Source: an uncultured Acidobacteriaceae bacterium (GTDB taxonomy: Bacteria; Acidobacteriota; Terriglobia; Terriglobales; Acidobacteriaceae). From it: DNA of 64,000 nt. A program made the position numbers and the translations under genes. The notes beneath the pieces are model-generated. The model had not been told where the DNA came from, searched no databases, and saw only the letters and a program-made list of their open reading frames with translations. The stretch is from contig CAXTMK010000002.1 of assembly GCA_964245315.1 (NCBI GenBank), forward strand, positions 29,231 to 93,230, read 5' to 3'. Positions 27,657 to 36,875 of the stretch are shown here, piece after piece. The first letter of the stretch is position 1. Each line of letters opens with the position of its first letter.

Positions 27657-27715
27657 AGATTCGATCTTCGCCAGTTTGCGTTGAGCAAACCTCTCGCGCG
27701 CGCGAGGATGGCACC

Positions 27716-30133
27716 ATGCGATTCCTCCGCAGCGCCCTCACCGCACTCCTCGCCGTTGCCGTCGGCCTCGCGCCCGCATACGCGCAGACGAACTATACGA
27801 CCAACATCACGCAGACTAATCTGCTCGCGGGCGGTACGCCGGTCGCCAACGCCAAGGTCTGCGCCACGGCCGTCGACCAGGTGGGCAACCCGATCACGTT
27901 CTCCGCACCCTCGTGGGGACTGATCCTCGCGAACACTCCTTTCTGCGGCGCGGTCTCGGCGGGTGCGATCACGGGCGGAATCAACGTGCCGGACGCCAAC
28001 CACACCAACAACCCGTCGCCGATCCACTACAACATCACGATTCAACTGCTGGCCAGCGCCGGTGGCGCTCCCACCGCGCCTCCGATCGTGCTGTCCAACG
28101 TGCCGAACGTCAGCGGCACAACCTACTCGCTCGACAGCTACGCGCCATCGACTGTCGCGGCTATTCCCGCGAATGTCATCGTCGCCGGCCCAGGCGCACC
28201 CGGTTCCTGCGCGGGCAATTCGCTGGATATCGACACCACGTCGATGGCCCTCTACGGCTGCAAGTCCGGCGCCTATACCTTGCTCGCCAGCACGGGATTC
28301 AACCTGCGCGGCGCATGGGCCGCCAGCACCGCGTATGCCCTTTACGATGTCTTCAACTACCAGGGAAGCAGCTATGTCGTGACGACTGCCTTCACCTCGG
28401 GCTCAACCTTCAGCGCGACAAACACCATGATGCTGGCGGCGGCCGGAGCGGCCGGACCTACGACGCCAGCCCAGCTTGCGGCGGGTTCCGGAGCGGCTGT
28501 CAAGGATGTCTACGCGGCGCTCGGAGCGACGCTGCACAATCGCTTCAGTGGGAGCTGGACCAATGGCGGTCTGACATGCCCGGACGGTAACTTCCATGCC
28601 GGCTCCCCGAACTACTTCTGGACCTCGGGCTATATCTACATCGCCGACCTGGCCACGTGGCAGGTCAACCAGACGATCGGGAACACAACCTATGATCCGA
28701 CTTATGCCATATACGACGAGAATTTGACTACTCTCGCATGCGTAGTGGATGGTCAGCCGGGTGGAACAATCTACAACAATGTGACGGGTGGCTTTTGGCT
28801 GCGCTTCGTAGCTAATGGCGTCTTCACGCCCAGTACAGCCATGCTTATCGACGGCAGCCTGACCATGCCGTCTACTTACCTTCCTTATGGCTACGTCTAC
28901 CCGGATGCAACCTTTGTCGCAGGCCTCAAGCAGAATATCCCGACTTCCGCGAACTTCAACTTCCAGATAAATCAACAGGTCCAGGCTCTGATAAGTGCGT
29001 CTTCCCCTGACGTTCGAAACCTGTTCGATTCCACGAAGTATCAGCCTGCGTACCAATGGGATACAACAACCAGTACGCTCCGCAACGAAACGGGCTCCTT
29101 CCAGGGCGTCTCCGCGCCCATCCCGGTCATCGCCGGCGCGACCTATACCGTCGTCACACCCGCCGAAAGCGGTACCACGCCTGGCGGAGGACTCTTCCTC
29201 GACGCGAACCTCAACCCCATCTGGTCGACCCTTCACACTGGGCCATTCACCGCGAATTACACCGTCACCGCGCCCGCAAACGCCGCGTATCTGGCGGCTC
29301 TGATGGCGAACGCGAACGCAGCCATAACAATGGTTGTGCAGGGAACGACTGTCCCGTCCTACTACATCCCGTTTGCGCAACCCCCCAGCACGACGCAGAA
29401 CCGATCGCCGTGGAGCGGCAAGCGGCTGGGTGTCATGGGCGACTCCTACAGCGCCTCATTCGGGAACATCTGGCAGCTTGGCGTCGAGGCATACCACAAC
29501 CTTATTCCGGTCTTTCAGGACGCGCGGGCGGGGCGGCCAGTCGGCGGCAGCAGCACGAACGGAATTTTTGAGTGCTACGGCGGTACGTCCACCGGCACAA
29601 ATGTCGGCGCTTCCGTCTCGCCCGGAGGCGGAGGGTACGGCAACTGCGCGGCCGCCAACAACGGCACAGTGGGCAACACGCTGGCGCAGGATATCGCCAA
29701 CGTCGACCTGATGATCGTCGAGATGGGAACCAACGACGTCTATGGCGAGACGCTCGGCACCATCGCCGATTCGGCATCTACGGCTTCGACCTATGGGTAC
29801 ATAAAGCTCGCGCTCAATGGCTTGCTCGCGGCCAGGCCGCAGATGCGCATCGTTTGGGTAGAGCCTTGGCAGGTCGGCGACTCAACCGTAACCAACACCA
29901 CGTCCGGGCAGACCCGCGCGCAGCAGATGCCGGGTGTAGCCGCCGCGATCGAGGCCGTCTGTGCGCAGTACGGCGTTCCCGTCGTCAAGATGCTTTCAGA
30001 GGCCGGCCTGAACAGCTACAACTGGTCGATCTTCCTCAACACCGACCTGATCCACCCCTCCGCGCTCGGGTGGACGAAGGCCTGGATTCCGACCGTCAAC
30101 CTCCGCCTGAACAACATCACACCGCTGAATTAG
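27716..30133 (+). CDS. Secreted multi-domain SGNH/GDSL hydrolase, tail-fibre-like architecture
   Basis: Signal peptide MRFLRSALTALLAVAVGLAPAYA-Q; RGAWAASTAY..YDV.NYQGSSYV module; GDSY, GTND and DLIHP catalytic blocks. Confidence 0.85.
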   Translation: MRFLRSALTALLAVAVGLAPAYAQTNYTTNITQTNLLAGGTPVANAKVCATAVDQVGNPITFSAPSWGLILANTPFCGAVSAGAITGGINVPDANHTNNPSPIHYNITIQLLASAGGAPTAPPIVLSNVPNVSGTTYSLDSYAPSTVAAIPANVIVAGPGAPGSCAGNSLDIDTTSMALYGCKSGAYTLLASTGFNLRGAWAASTAYALYDVFNYQGSSYVVTTAFTSGSTFSATNTMMLAAAGAAGPTTPAQLAAGSGAAVKDVYAALGATLHNRFSGSWTNGGLTCPDGNFHAGSPNYFWTSGYIYIADLATWQVNQTIGNTTYDPTYAIYDENLTTLACVVDGQPGGTIYNNVTGGFWLRFVANGVFTPSTAMLIDGSLTMPSTYLPYGYVYPDATFVAGLKQNIPTSANFNFQINQQVQALISASSPDVRNLFDSTKYQPAYQWDTTTSTLRNETGSFQGVSAPIPVIAGATYTVVTPAESGTTPGGGLFLDANLNPIWSTLHTGPFTANYTVTAPANAAYLAALMANANAAITMVVQGTTVPSYYIPFAQPPSTTQNRSPWSGKRLGVMGDSYSASFGNIWQLGVEAYHNLIPVFQDARAGRPVGGSSTNGIFECYGGTSTGTNVGASVSPGGGGYGNCAAANNGTVGNTLAQDIANVDLMIVEMGTNDVYGETLGTIADSASTASTYGYIKLALNGLLAARPQMRIVWVEPWQVGDSTVTNTTSGQTRAQQMPGVAAAIEAVCAQYGVPVVKMLSEAGLNSYNWSIFLNTDLIHPSALGWTKAWIPTVNLRLNNITPLN

Positions 30134-30146
30134 CGGCTGATGCTGT

Positions 30147-30472
30147 AGTTCGCTTGGATCGACTCCTAAAACCGCCGTTCTTTGACAGTTCGCGTGGATT
30201 GAAACCCGCTGAACCCCGCCCGGTCCGCGGGTTTTCTCCACTTTCGACCATTCCGGCCGATGTTACGCTGCGGGAGTTCGTTTGGTTCGCTTGGATGCCG
30301 ACCTGAAATCAGCAACTTAGCCTCTTCATCCAAGCGAACTCGCCGCCCGACCCTCAAAGAGCGCCTGTATTCCGCCCGCCGCCTCAAGCCTCCGGAATTG
30401 CTTCAAACCCCGCGATTGGCGCGCCTTCTCCCGCCACCGCCCGCCTCATCCCCCCGCATCCCGCGACTGTCA
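30147..30472. repeat. Putative prophage right-end repeat array
   Basis: GTTCGCTTGGAT-like copies at 30148, 30188, 30285 and inverted at 30328; GC-rich ...CTCAA units at ~30-bp spacing; terminal TGTCA. Confidence 0.6.
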
Positions 30473-30497
30473 TATATCTTTGGCAGTGACAGCCCGA

Positions 30498-31886
30498 TCA
30501 CTTACTCACCGTCGCAACCGCCTCCTGCACCAGCATCTGGTACACCGCCAGATACTTCAGCTCGATGCGCTCATCATCCCCGTGCACGCCTTCGTTCTCC
30601 GCGAACGTCCGCGGAATCCGTACCCCATACGCGTTCACGCCCCTGGCCCGCAGGAACGCCGAGTCCGTAGCGCCCGTAGTCATCATGGGAATCGTAATCG
30701 CCCCCGGCAGCACCTTCTGCTGCGCCGCTTCGAGCGCCTGGAACATCGCCGTATGCAGCGAGCTCTCGGGCGCGACCGGCATGGCATTGGTCAGGTCCGG
30801 AGGCACGATGGTGATTGCTGGGTCATCGATCACCTTCGCCATCTGCGCGTAGAACGCCGGCATATTCTCCTCCGGCAGCGCGCGCACATCCACATCGGCG
30901 TCGGCTTCGGGCGGGATCACGTTCGACTTGAAGCCGGCTTTCAGCACGGTAGGGACGACGGTGGTATGCAGCATGGAGTAGAACTGCGGCATCTTCGCGT
31001 GCAGCGCCTGCTGGGTCGCGGGTTTGTCGAGCGTGCGGAAGAGCGCGGCCTGATCGGGCGGCGAGATGGTCGCCAGCCGCACGAAGAACTCGCGCGTGGT
31101 GTCGGTGGGTCGCGACGGCGTCTCCCATGTGCCCAGCTTCGCCACCGCCTGCGCCAGATGCGTCACCGCATTGTTGAGCACCGGCACCGAACCATGACCG
31201 CTCAGGCCCTTCGCGACCAGCTTCACGCCGCGCGGCAGCTTCTCGCCGGTGGCGATGCCGAAGTAGGGAATCCTGCCATCCTGCACCTCCGCCGCGCCGC
31301 CTTCGTTCAGCGCAAACTCGCACGCGATCTTGTCCCAGTAGCGATTGACGATGGTGTTCATGCCGGCGGCGGAGTCCTGCTCCTCGCTCGCCTCGGCCAG
31401 AAAGACGATGTCGCGCGAGAAGACCTGCCCGCTGCGATGCAGTTGCAGCATGGTCTCGAGATGCGCTGCCAGCGGGCCTTTATCGTCCGACGCCCCGCGA
31501 CCGTACATAGTCCCATCTTTTTCGTCCGCGGCGAAAGGCTCGACGCTCCAGTGCGCGCGATCGACCGGCACGACATCCTCATGCGCCAGCATCAGCACGG
31601 GCTTCTGCGAGCCGTTGCCCTTCAGCCGCGCCACGATGCTCGCGCGCCCCGGCACCGGCTCCAGAATCTCGTACGCAATGCCTTCGCGCCTGAAGATCGC
31701 CGCGAGATACGTCGCCACCTTCGACTCGTTGCCGGGCATATCCTGCGTGTCGATGCGGATCAGGTCCTTCAGGAATCCAGCGGTCTCTTCAGCAGCCTTC
31801 GCGGGTGGCAGCATAGCGGACTGCGCCTCGCATAGCCAGGCGGAAGCGGCAAAGCAGGATAGAACCAACGCGGCGCGTAGCGTCAT
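30498..31886 (-). CDS. M20/M25/M40 family peptidase
   Basis: LAHEDVVP, GRGASDDKG, EASEE, GHGS and HGDDERI motifs; signal peptide. Confidence 0.92.
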   Translation of the reverse strand: MTLRAALVLSCFAASAWLCEAQSAMLPPAKAAEETAGFLKDLIRIDTQDMPGNESKVATYLAAIFRREGIAYEILEPVPGRASIVARLKGNGSQKPVLMLAHEDVVPVDRAHWSVEPFAADEKDGTMYGRGASDDKGPLAAHLETMLQLHRSGQVFSRDIVFLAEASEEQDSAAGMNTIVNRYWDKIACEFALNEGGAAEVQDGRIPYFGIATGEKLPRGVKLVAKGLSGHGSVPVLNNAVTHLAQAVAKLGTWETPSRPTDTTREFFVRLATISPPDQAALFRTLDKPATQQALHAKMPQFYSMLHTTVVPTVLKAGFKSNVIPPEADADVDVRALPEENMPAFYAQMAKVIDDPAITIVPPDLTNAMPVAPESSLHTAMFQALEAAQQKVLPGAITIPMMTTGATDSAFLRARGVNAYGVRIPRTFAENEGVHGDDERIELKYLAVYQMLVQEAVATVSK

Positions 31887-32131
31887 AGGGACGTACTCCA
31901 GTGGATCGAATCGGGGAATGTTCTTCCGACTATACCCGACCACGCGGCGCGCCTACCGGGACAAAGAACACAGATCAGCGCGTGAGGCATTTCGATTGCA
32001 CTTCGCGCCTTCAGGAATAGAGGAGAACCTTCCTCATCTCCCGTCAGCCTTACTGTCCATCGCGGTTTCCGATGCCGCGCAAGCTGTTCCATGAAGAATG
32101 CTTTAATTCCTCACCCATAGGGGGTTTTCCC

Positions 32132-32779
32132 ATGCGTCGCCTTATCTTCACTCTCCTGATGCTTGCACTTACCGCTTCCGTAGCGGCCCGCGCCGACGAC
32201 ATCGTCACGACCTACAACTTCGACGGAGTCACCACGTTCGACGGCTCGTCGCTCACGGGCACCATCACCATCGACTCGACGATCGGCGCGTTTACCGCTA
32301 TCGACGCGACCTACATTGGCGAAGGCCAGACCGACACCTTCACCGGAGACGTCTCCAACCAGGGTACATTTTTCAATGACGGGTACGTAGGCTTCTTCAA
32401 TGCCGACCAAGGCGACCCGAGCGTTGCGGGCGGAGCTCAGATCGCTCTGCTGCTGCCTTATGAGTACCTCACCGGCTATCCCGGCTCCTTGATCTGCGCC
32501 AATGCTTACTCCTGCAACAACGTCATTTCGACGGTCTACTCCCCAACTCAAGTCAACGACAACGGAAACACTCACTCGGACGCTTTCTGCACAGGCAGCC
32601 TGGATACGGCCTCCAGCCCCATCACGCCTGGAACTTCCTGCGCGGGAGGATCTCAGACCGTAATCATGAACGGGCCGACGACCGTCACAACCGTCACGCC
32701 GGAGCCATCGTCGCTGGTTTTGCTGGGGACCGGCGTACTTGGGGTCGCAGGAGCAGTCCGGCGGCGCTGGCGCAGGTGA
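32132..32779 (+). CDS. PEP-CTERM sorting domain protein
   Basis: Signal peptide; C-terminal TPEPSSLVLLGTG...AVRRR. Confidence 0.92.
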   Translation: MRRLIFTLLMLALTASVAARADDIVTTYNFDGVTTFDGSSLTGTITIDSTIGAFTAIDATYIGEGQTDTFTGDVSNQGTFFNDGYVGFFNADQGDPSVAGGAQIALLLPYEYLTGYPGSLICANAYSCNNVISTVYSPTQVNDNGNTHSDAFCTGSLDTASSPITPGTSCAGGSQTVIMNGPTTVTTVTPEPSSLVLLGTGVLGVAGAVRRRWRR

Positions 32780-32956
32780 TGCAACGGTCCGATTCTCCTG
32801 GTGCGGGACTTCGGTCCCGCGTTTTTTTGGTCGGACAAGATCGCGGCAGCGGCATAAGTGCCGCGGCTGCTGAAGTTCCCTGCATTGATACGATGCGATG
32901 GAATCGATCTTTCACGGTGGCTACACTCCAGTTGTCACACGCTCTAAAGTGGACGT

Positions 32957-34432
32957 ATGACTGTACCTCAAGCAAAGAACGGCGCAATGCCCACCGCCTT
33001 GCTGAAACACGCCGAAGACTCGCGCGTAACCATCCGCCGGGACGGCCCGCCCCACCCCAACGGCAAGTGCGTCGTCTACTGGATGCAGCGCGCCCAGCGC
33101 GGCGTCGACAATCATGCCGTCAATCTGGCCGTCGCGGTCGCGAATGAACTGAGACTGCCGCTGGTGGTCTACTTTGCCGGCATCTCGAACTTCCCGCACG
33201 CGAATCTGCGGCACTATGTTTTTCTGCAGCAGGGATTGCCGGATGTCGAGCACGATCTCGCCAGGCGCAACATCAGCTTTGTCATGCGGCGCGCCCCGCA
33301 CGAGTCGCATGTGAAGCTGCTCGCGGACGCCGAGGCGGCGATCTGCATCGGCGACGAGAACCCGATGCGCGAGCCGGAGCGCTGGAGGCGGGAGCTCGCA
33401 GAGAAGATAAAAATTCCGTTCTGGACGGTCGATACAGATGTCGTCATTCCGACGAAGCTGACCGAAAAGGCGCAGTATGGCGCGTATACGATTCGTCCAC
33501 GGCTTTACAAGCTGCTGCCGGATTACCTGGTCCCATATGAAAACCCGCACGCCAAGCACGAGTGGAAGCGGCCGAAGGGATTTCATGCCGACAGCCTGAC
33601 CGAGGACATCACGCAGGGCTGGAAGGATCTCGACCGCAGCGTAAAGCCTGTGCCGGAGTGGAAGGGCGGCACGCATGCCGGCCTCGCGCGGCTTAAGCAC
33701 TTTACCGCGAAGCTGCTGGCCGAGTACGACGTCAAGCGCAGCAAGCCGGAGGTGGACGGCAGTTCGGCCATGTCGCCGTACCTGCACTATGGGCACGTGG
33801 GGCCGCAGACCATCGCTCTGGCCGTGCAGGAAGCTGCCGCCGGAGACCCGAAACTAAGAGCCGCAAAGGAGAGCTACTTCAATGAGCTGATCGTCTGGCG
33901 CGAGCTTGCGATCAACTTCGTCAGATACTCGCCCGACACCTACGACAGCTGGACGTGCGCGGAGAACTGGGCGAAGCAGTCCATCGCCGACCACGCGAAA
34001 GACGAGCGCGAGCATCTCTACACGCTGGCGCAGCTCGAACGCGCCGAGACCTACGACGAGCTTTGGAACGCCTCGCAGATCCAGATGGTCGAGCATGGCT
34101 GGATGCATAACGTCATGCGCATGTACTGGGCCAAGAAGATTCTGGAGTGGACGCCCGATGCAGAGACCGCGGTGAAGTACGCGATCCACCTGAACGACAA
34201 ATATTTCCTCGATGGGCGCGATCCCAACGGCTACTCCGGCATCGCGTGGTCGATGGTGGGTAAGTTCGACCGGCCCTGGTTCGACCGGCCCATCTTCGGC
34301 AAGATTCGCTACATGTCCGGCGGAAGCACGGGCAAAAAGTTCGACTCGAAGAGCTATATCCGGCAGATGCAGGCGCTGCGTGGCAGCGGCTCGGGCGATC
34401 TGTTCGGCTCTTCAGCGCAAGACAAAGCTTAA
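32957..34432 (+). CDS. phr: Class II CPD deoxyribodipyrimidine photolyase
   Basis: VVYWMQRAQR..DN, SPYLHYG, RMYWAKKILEW, DGRDPNGY, RP+FGKIRYM. Confidence 0.92.
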   Translation: MTVPQAKNGAMPTALLKHAEDSRVTIRRDGPPHPNGKCVVYWMQRAQRGVDNHAVNLAVAVANELRLPLVVYFAGISNFPHANLRHYVFLQQGLPDVEHDLARRNISFVMRRAPHESHVKLLADAEAAICIGDENPMREPERWRRELAEKIKIPFWTVDTDVVIPTKLTEKAQYGAYTIRPRLYKLLPDYLVPYENPHAKHEWKRPKGFHADSLTEDITQGWKDLDRSVKPVPEWKGGTHAGLARLKHFTAKLLAEYDVKRSKPEVDGSSAMSPYLHYGHVGPQTIALAVQEAAAGDPKLRAAKESYFNELIVWRELAINFVRYSPDTYDSWTCAENWAKQSIADHAKDEREHLYTLAQLERAETYDELWNASQIQMVEHGWMHNVMRMYWAKKILEWTPDAETAVKYAIHLNDKYFLDGRDPNGYSGIAWSMVGKFDRPWFDRPIFGKIRYMSGGSTGKKFDSKSYIRQMQALRGSGSGDLFGSSAQDKA

Positions 34433-34454
34433 CGCGGAAAGAACGTAGAAATTG

Positions 34455-34519
34455 GGATTAGCGTGGGGCTTCAGCCCCACGAATAGGGCTGGCGAAAAAG
34501 AAGGGGCTTTAGCCCCGGG
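34455..34519. repeat. REP doublet (GGGGCTT(C/T)AGCCCC family), left of RAYT
   Basis: Two GGGGCT..AGCCCC palindromes; inverted counterpart at 35022-35084. Confidence 0.88.
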
Positions 34520-34544
34520 TTCGCTCAGGCGGACCCGATGGCCT

Positions 34545-34997
34545 CTATCCGATAAAGTGCTCTGGAACTGGATCGACTGAGGTGCCAGGTGCTGCCGAAG
34601 AGTAAGGATAGAATTCCGCCTCCATCACTTTGTATGCCTCAACGGGATTTTGATGAATGTACCGCTGGCAGGCGTCGAAGGCAGCGCGATCTTGAATGCG
34701 GCGGCTGTCATAGCTCCTCTCCCATACGTCCATTTTGCTCTTAAGCTGGAATGAGAAGCCGCCTTTGATGAATTGCATGGCCTTTTCCAAAGACACCTCG
34801 GGCGCGGGGGTTAGCAATAGGTGGACGTGATCGGGCATGATGACGAAGGCGTGAAGGCTCATCCGTTTCTGCGCCCGTTGAGCCGCGAGAATTTCCATCA
34901 GTAGCAATGCGTTTCGTTCGACCTGAAATAGCCGACGACGAGAGGCGGTTACGGTTGTGATGAAGTAGGTGCGGATTTCCTGTGGGGCCAAGGGCAT
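34545..34997 (-). mobile_element. REP-associated tyrosine transposase (RAYT)
   Basis: YFITT, MPDHVHLL (HUH motif), FIKGGFS, YIHQNPV; flanked by inverted REP doublets. Confidence 0.9.
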
Positions 34998-35021
34998 GGG
35001 TAGAAGAGTACAACGTCCCGG

Positions 35022-35084
35022 CCCGGGGCTAAAGCCCCCATTGTTTCTGCCCTCATTCGTGGGGCTAAAGCCCCACGCTAATCC
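35022..35084. repeat. REP doublet, right of RAYT (inverted)
   Basis: Reverse complement nearly matches 34455-34519. Confidence 0.88.
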
Positions 35085-35186
35085 AGCAAGGCAAAGGAAG
35101 ATCCATGAGGCATCAAAAAATGCGCGGCGCCGCGGATACGGGCTGATTTCCCTGTCGTGCGATACTTCTAGGATCAAGCCATCGAG

Positions 35187-36773
35187 GTGGTCGTGAGGGC
35201 AGAGCTGATTTTCGCGAGCGTGTGTCTGGTTGGATCGGGCGTGGCAATGGCGCAGCCCGGAACGCTTAAGTGCTCGGCCCTCGACGCGCTCACGCTTCCA
35301 GGCGCGGAGGTCACTTCTGCCGCATTGATTCCGGCGGGCAGCGCGATCTCGGGCGTACGTCTCGCTCCTGCAATCCTGGCCCAACTGCCCGCATTTTGCC
35401 GCGTGCGCATCACCGATAAGCCCTCCGCCGACTCCGACATTACAACCGAAATCTGGCTGCCGGCGATCGGCTGGAACCAGCGTTATCGCGGCCAGGGCAA
35501 CGGCGGCTTTGCCGGAGTGATCGACTACCCCGCAATGGCTACAGCGGTCGCGCAAGGCTACGCGACCGCCGGCACCGACACCGGCCACAGCGGCGGCGAA
35601 CCGGCCTTTGCGCTGGGCCATCCCGAGAAGGTGAAGGACTTCGGCTGGCGCGCCATCCACGATATGACGCTCGAAGCCAAGGCGGTCGTGGCGGCGTTCT
35701 ATGGCAACGCGCCGGCGCACTCCTACTTCGCAAGCTGCTCCGACGGCGGACGCGAGGCGCTGATGGAGGCGGAGCGCTTTCCGGCGGATTACGACGGCAT
35801 CCTCGCCGGAGCGCCCGCGTACAACTGGACCGGGCTGATGGCTTCCGCCGCGTCCAGGACGAAGGCAATGCTTTCCACGCCGGACAAAGTGCTTCCGGCA
35901 ACCAAGGTTCCGGCCATCGCGGCGGCGGTGAAGCGGGCGTGCGACGCAAAAGATGGCGTGAGCGATGGCGTGATCAACGATCCGCGGCAATGCCGCTTCG
36001 ACCCGGCCACGCTGCTCTGCAAGGACGGCGACGCGCCGGACTGCCTTACCGCCGGGCAGGTGGCGACGGTCAAGAGCCTTTACGCGCCGATGCTCGACAG
36101 CAACGGCAAGGAAGTGTTACCGGGCTACTCGCCGGGCGGCGAGGATGGCGGCAACGGCTGGACGAGCTGGATCACCGGCACGCCGGGGCGCGAGTCCTCC
36201 GGCCTCTTCTTCGGGCGCGGCTTCTTCGTCAACTTTATCTACGAGCGCGCCGACTGGAAGCTCGACAGCTTCGATCTCGACCGCGACCTGAAGCTGGCGC
36301 GGCAGAAGACCGGCGCGGCGCTCGACGCCGCCGACACCGACCTGAAGCCGTTCGTGGCTCACGGCGGCAAGCTGATTCTGTATCACGGCTGGAACGACCC
36401 GGCCATCCCCGCGCTCAGCACGGTGGAGTACTTCGACGGTGTCCATCGTGCCATCGGAGCGAAAGAGGCGGATGCCGCGCTGCGCCTCTACATGGTGCCC
36501 GGAATGCAGCACTGCAGCGGCGGACCGGGCGCGACGCACTTCGGCCAGAATGTAACCGATGCACGCGGCGATGCCGATGCCGATATCTTTGCCGCGCTAC
36601 AGCAGTGGGTTGAGGCAGGCAAGGCGCCGGCACAGCTAACGTCGCGGCGCCTGGCCTCCGACTCAGCAAAGGGCGACGAGTTCAGTCGTCCACTGTGCCC
36701 TTATCCCGCCACCGCAGTGTACAAGGGCGGCGACACTGGCGATGCGAAGAGCTTCGCCTGCGTGGCGCCTTAG
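35187..36773 (+). CDS. Tannase/feruloyl esterase family hydrolase
   Basis: GNGGFAG, TDTGH, CSDGGRE, DGILAGAPA, YHGWND and PGMQHC motifs. Confidence 0.93.
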   Translation: MVVRAELIFASVCLVGSGVAMAQPGTLKCSALDALTLPGAEVTSAALIPAGSAISGVRLAPAILAQLPAFCRVRITDKPSADSDITTEIWLPAIGWNQRYRGQGNGGFAGVIDYPAMATAVAQGYATAGTDTGHSGGEPAFALGHPEKVKDFGWRAIHDMTLEAKAVVAAFYGNAPAHSYFASCSDGGREALMEAERFPADYDGILAGAPAYNWTGLMASAASRTKAMLSTPDKVLPATKVPAIAAAVKRACDAKDGVSDGVINDPRQCRFDPATLLCKDGDAPDCLTAGQVATVKSLYAPMLDSNGKEVLPGYSPGGEDGGNGWTSWITGTPGRESSGLFFGRGFFVNFIYERADWKLDSFDLDRDLKLARQKTGAALDAADTDLKPFVAHGGKLILYHGWNDPAIPALSTVEYFDGVHRAIGAKEADAALRLYMVPGMQHCSGGPGATHFGQNVTDARGDADADIFAALQQWVEAGKAPAQLTSRRLASDSAKGDEFSRPLCPYPATAVYKGGDTGDAKSFACVAP

Positions 36774-36779
36774 ACAAAC

Positions 36780-36856
36780 AAAAGCAGATCCCTTACGGGA
36801 TGACAAACAACTTACTTTACTTGCTTTTGTTTGTCATCCCGTGGGGATCTGCTTTT
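36780..36856. repeat. Inverted REP pair (AAGCAGATCCCT..GGGATGACAA family)
   Basis: Long hairpin between convergent genes; further copies at 38700 and 45821. Confidence 0.85.
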
Positions 36857-36875
36857 CGCTCACCACCCAACCGTC

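Larger units (their letters stand above)
1..30472. mobile_element. Mu-like (transposable) prophage, B3/BcepMu-type divergent organisation; continues beyond the left edge
   Basis: DDE transposase plus AAA ATPase (MuA/MuB pair), S24 repressor, DUF935-type portal, Mu F/G/gp36-type head genes. Right end inferred from the repeat array and ...TGTCA at 30472, just before a host gene ending at 30498. Confidence 0.93.

Noticed and set aside
27674-27706. Palindromes GTTTGC..GCAAAC and CTCGCGCGCGCGAG before the SGNH gene
   Set aside because: Short, and CG-run palindromes arise easily at this GC content; no independent support.
13342-30133. The two SGNH paralogs as a DGR template/variable repeat or invertible cassette
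   Set aside because: Nucleotide similarity is diffuse rather than near-identical with A-specific mismatches; no reverse transcriptase or invertase was seen.
30147-30340. GTTCGCTTGGAT repeats as a mini-CRISPR
   Set aside because: Repeats are only 12-13 nt, irregularly spaced and one is inverted; no cas genes.
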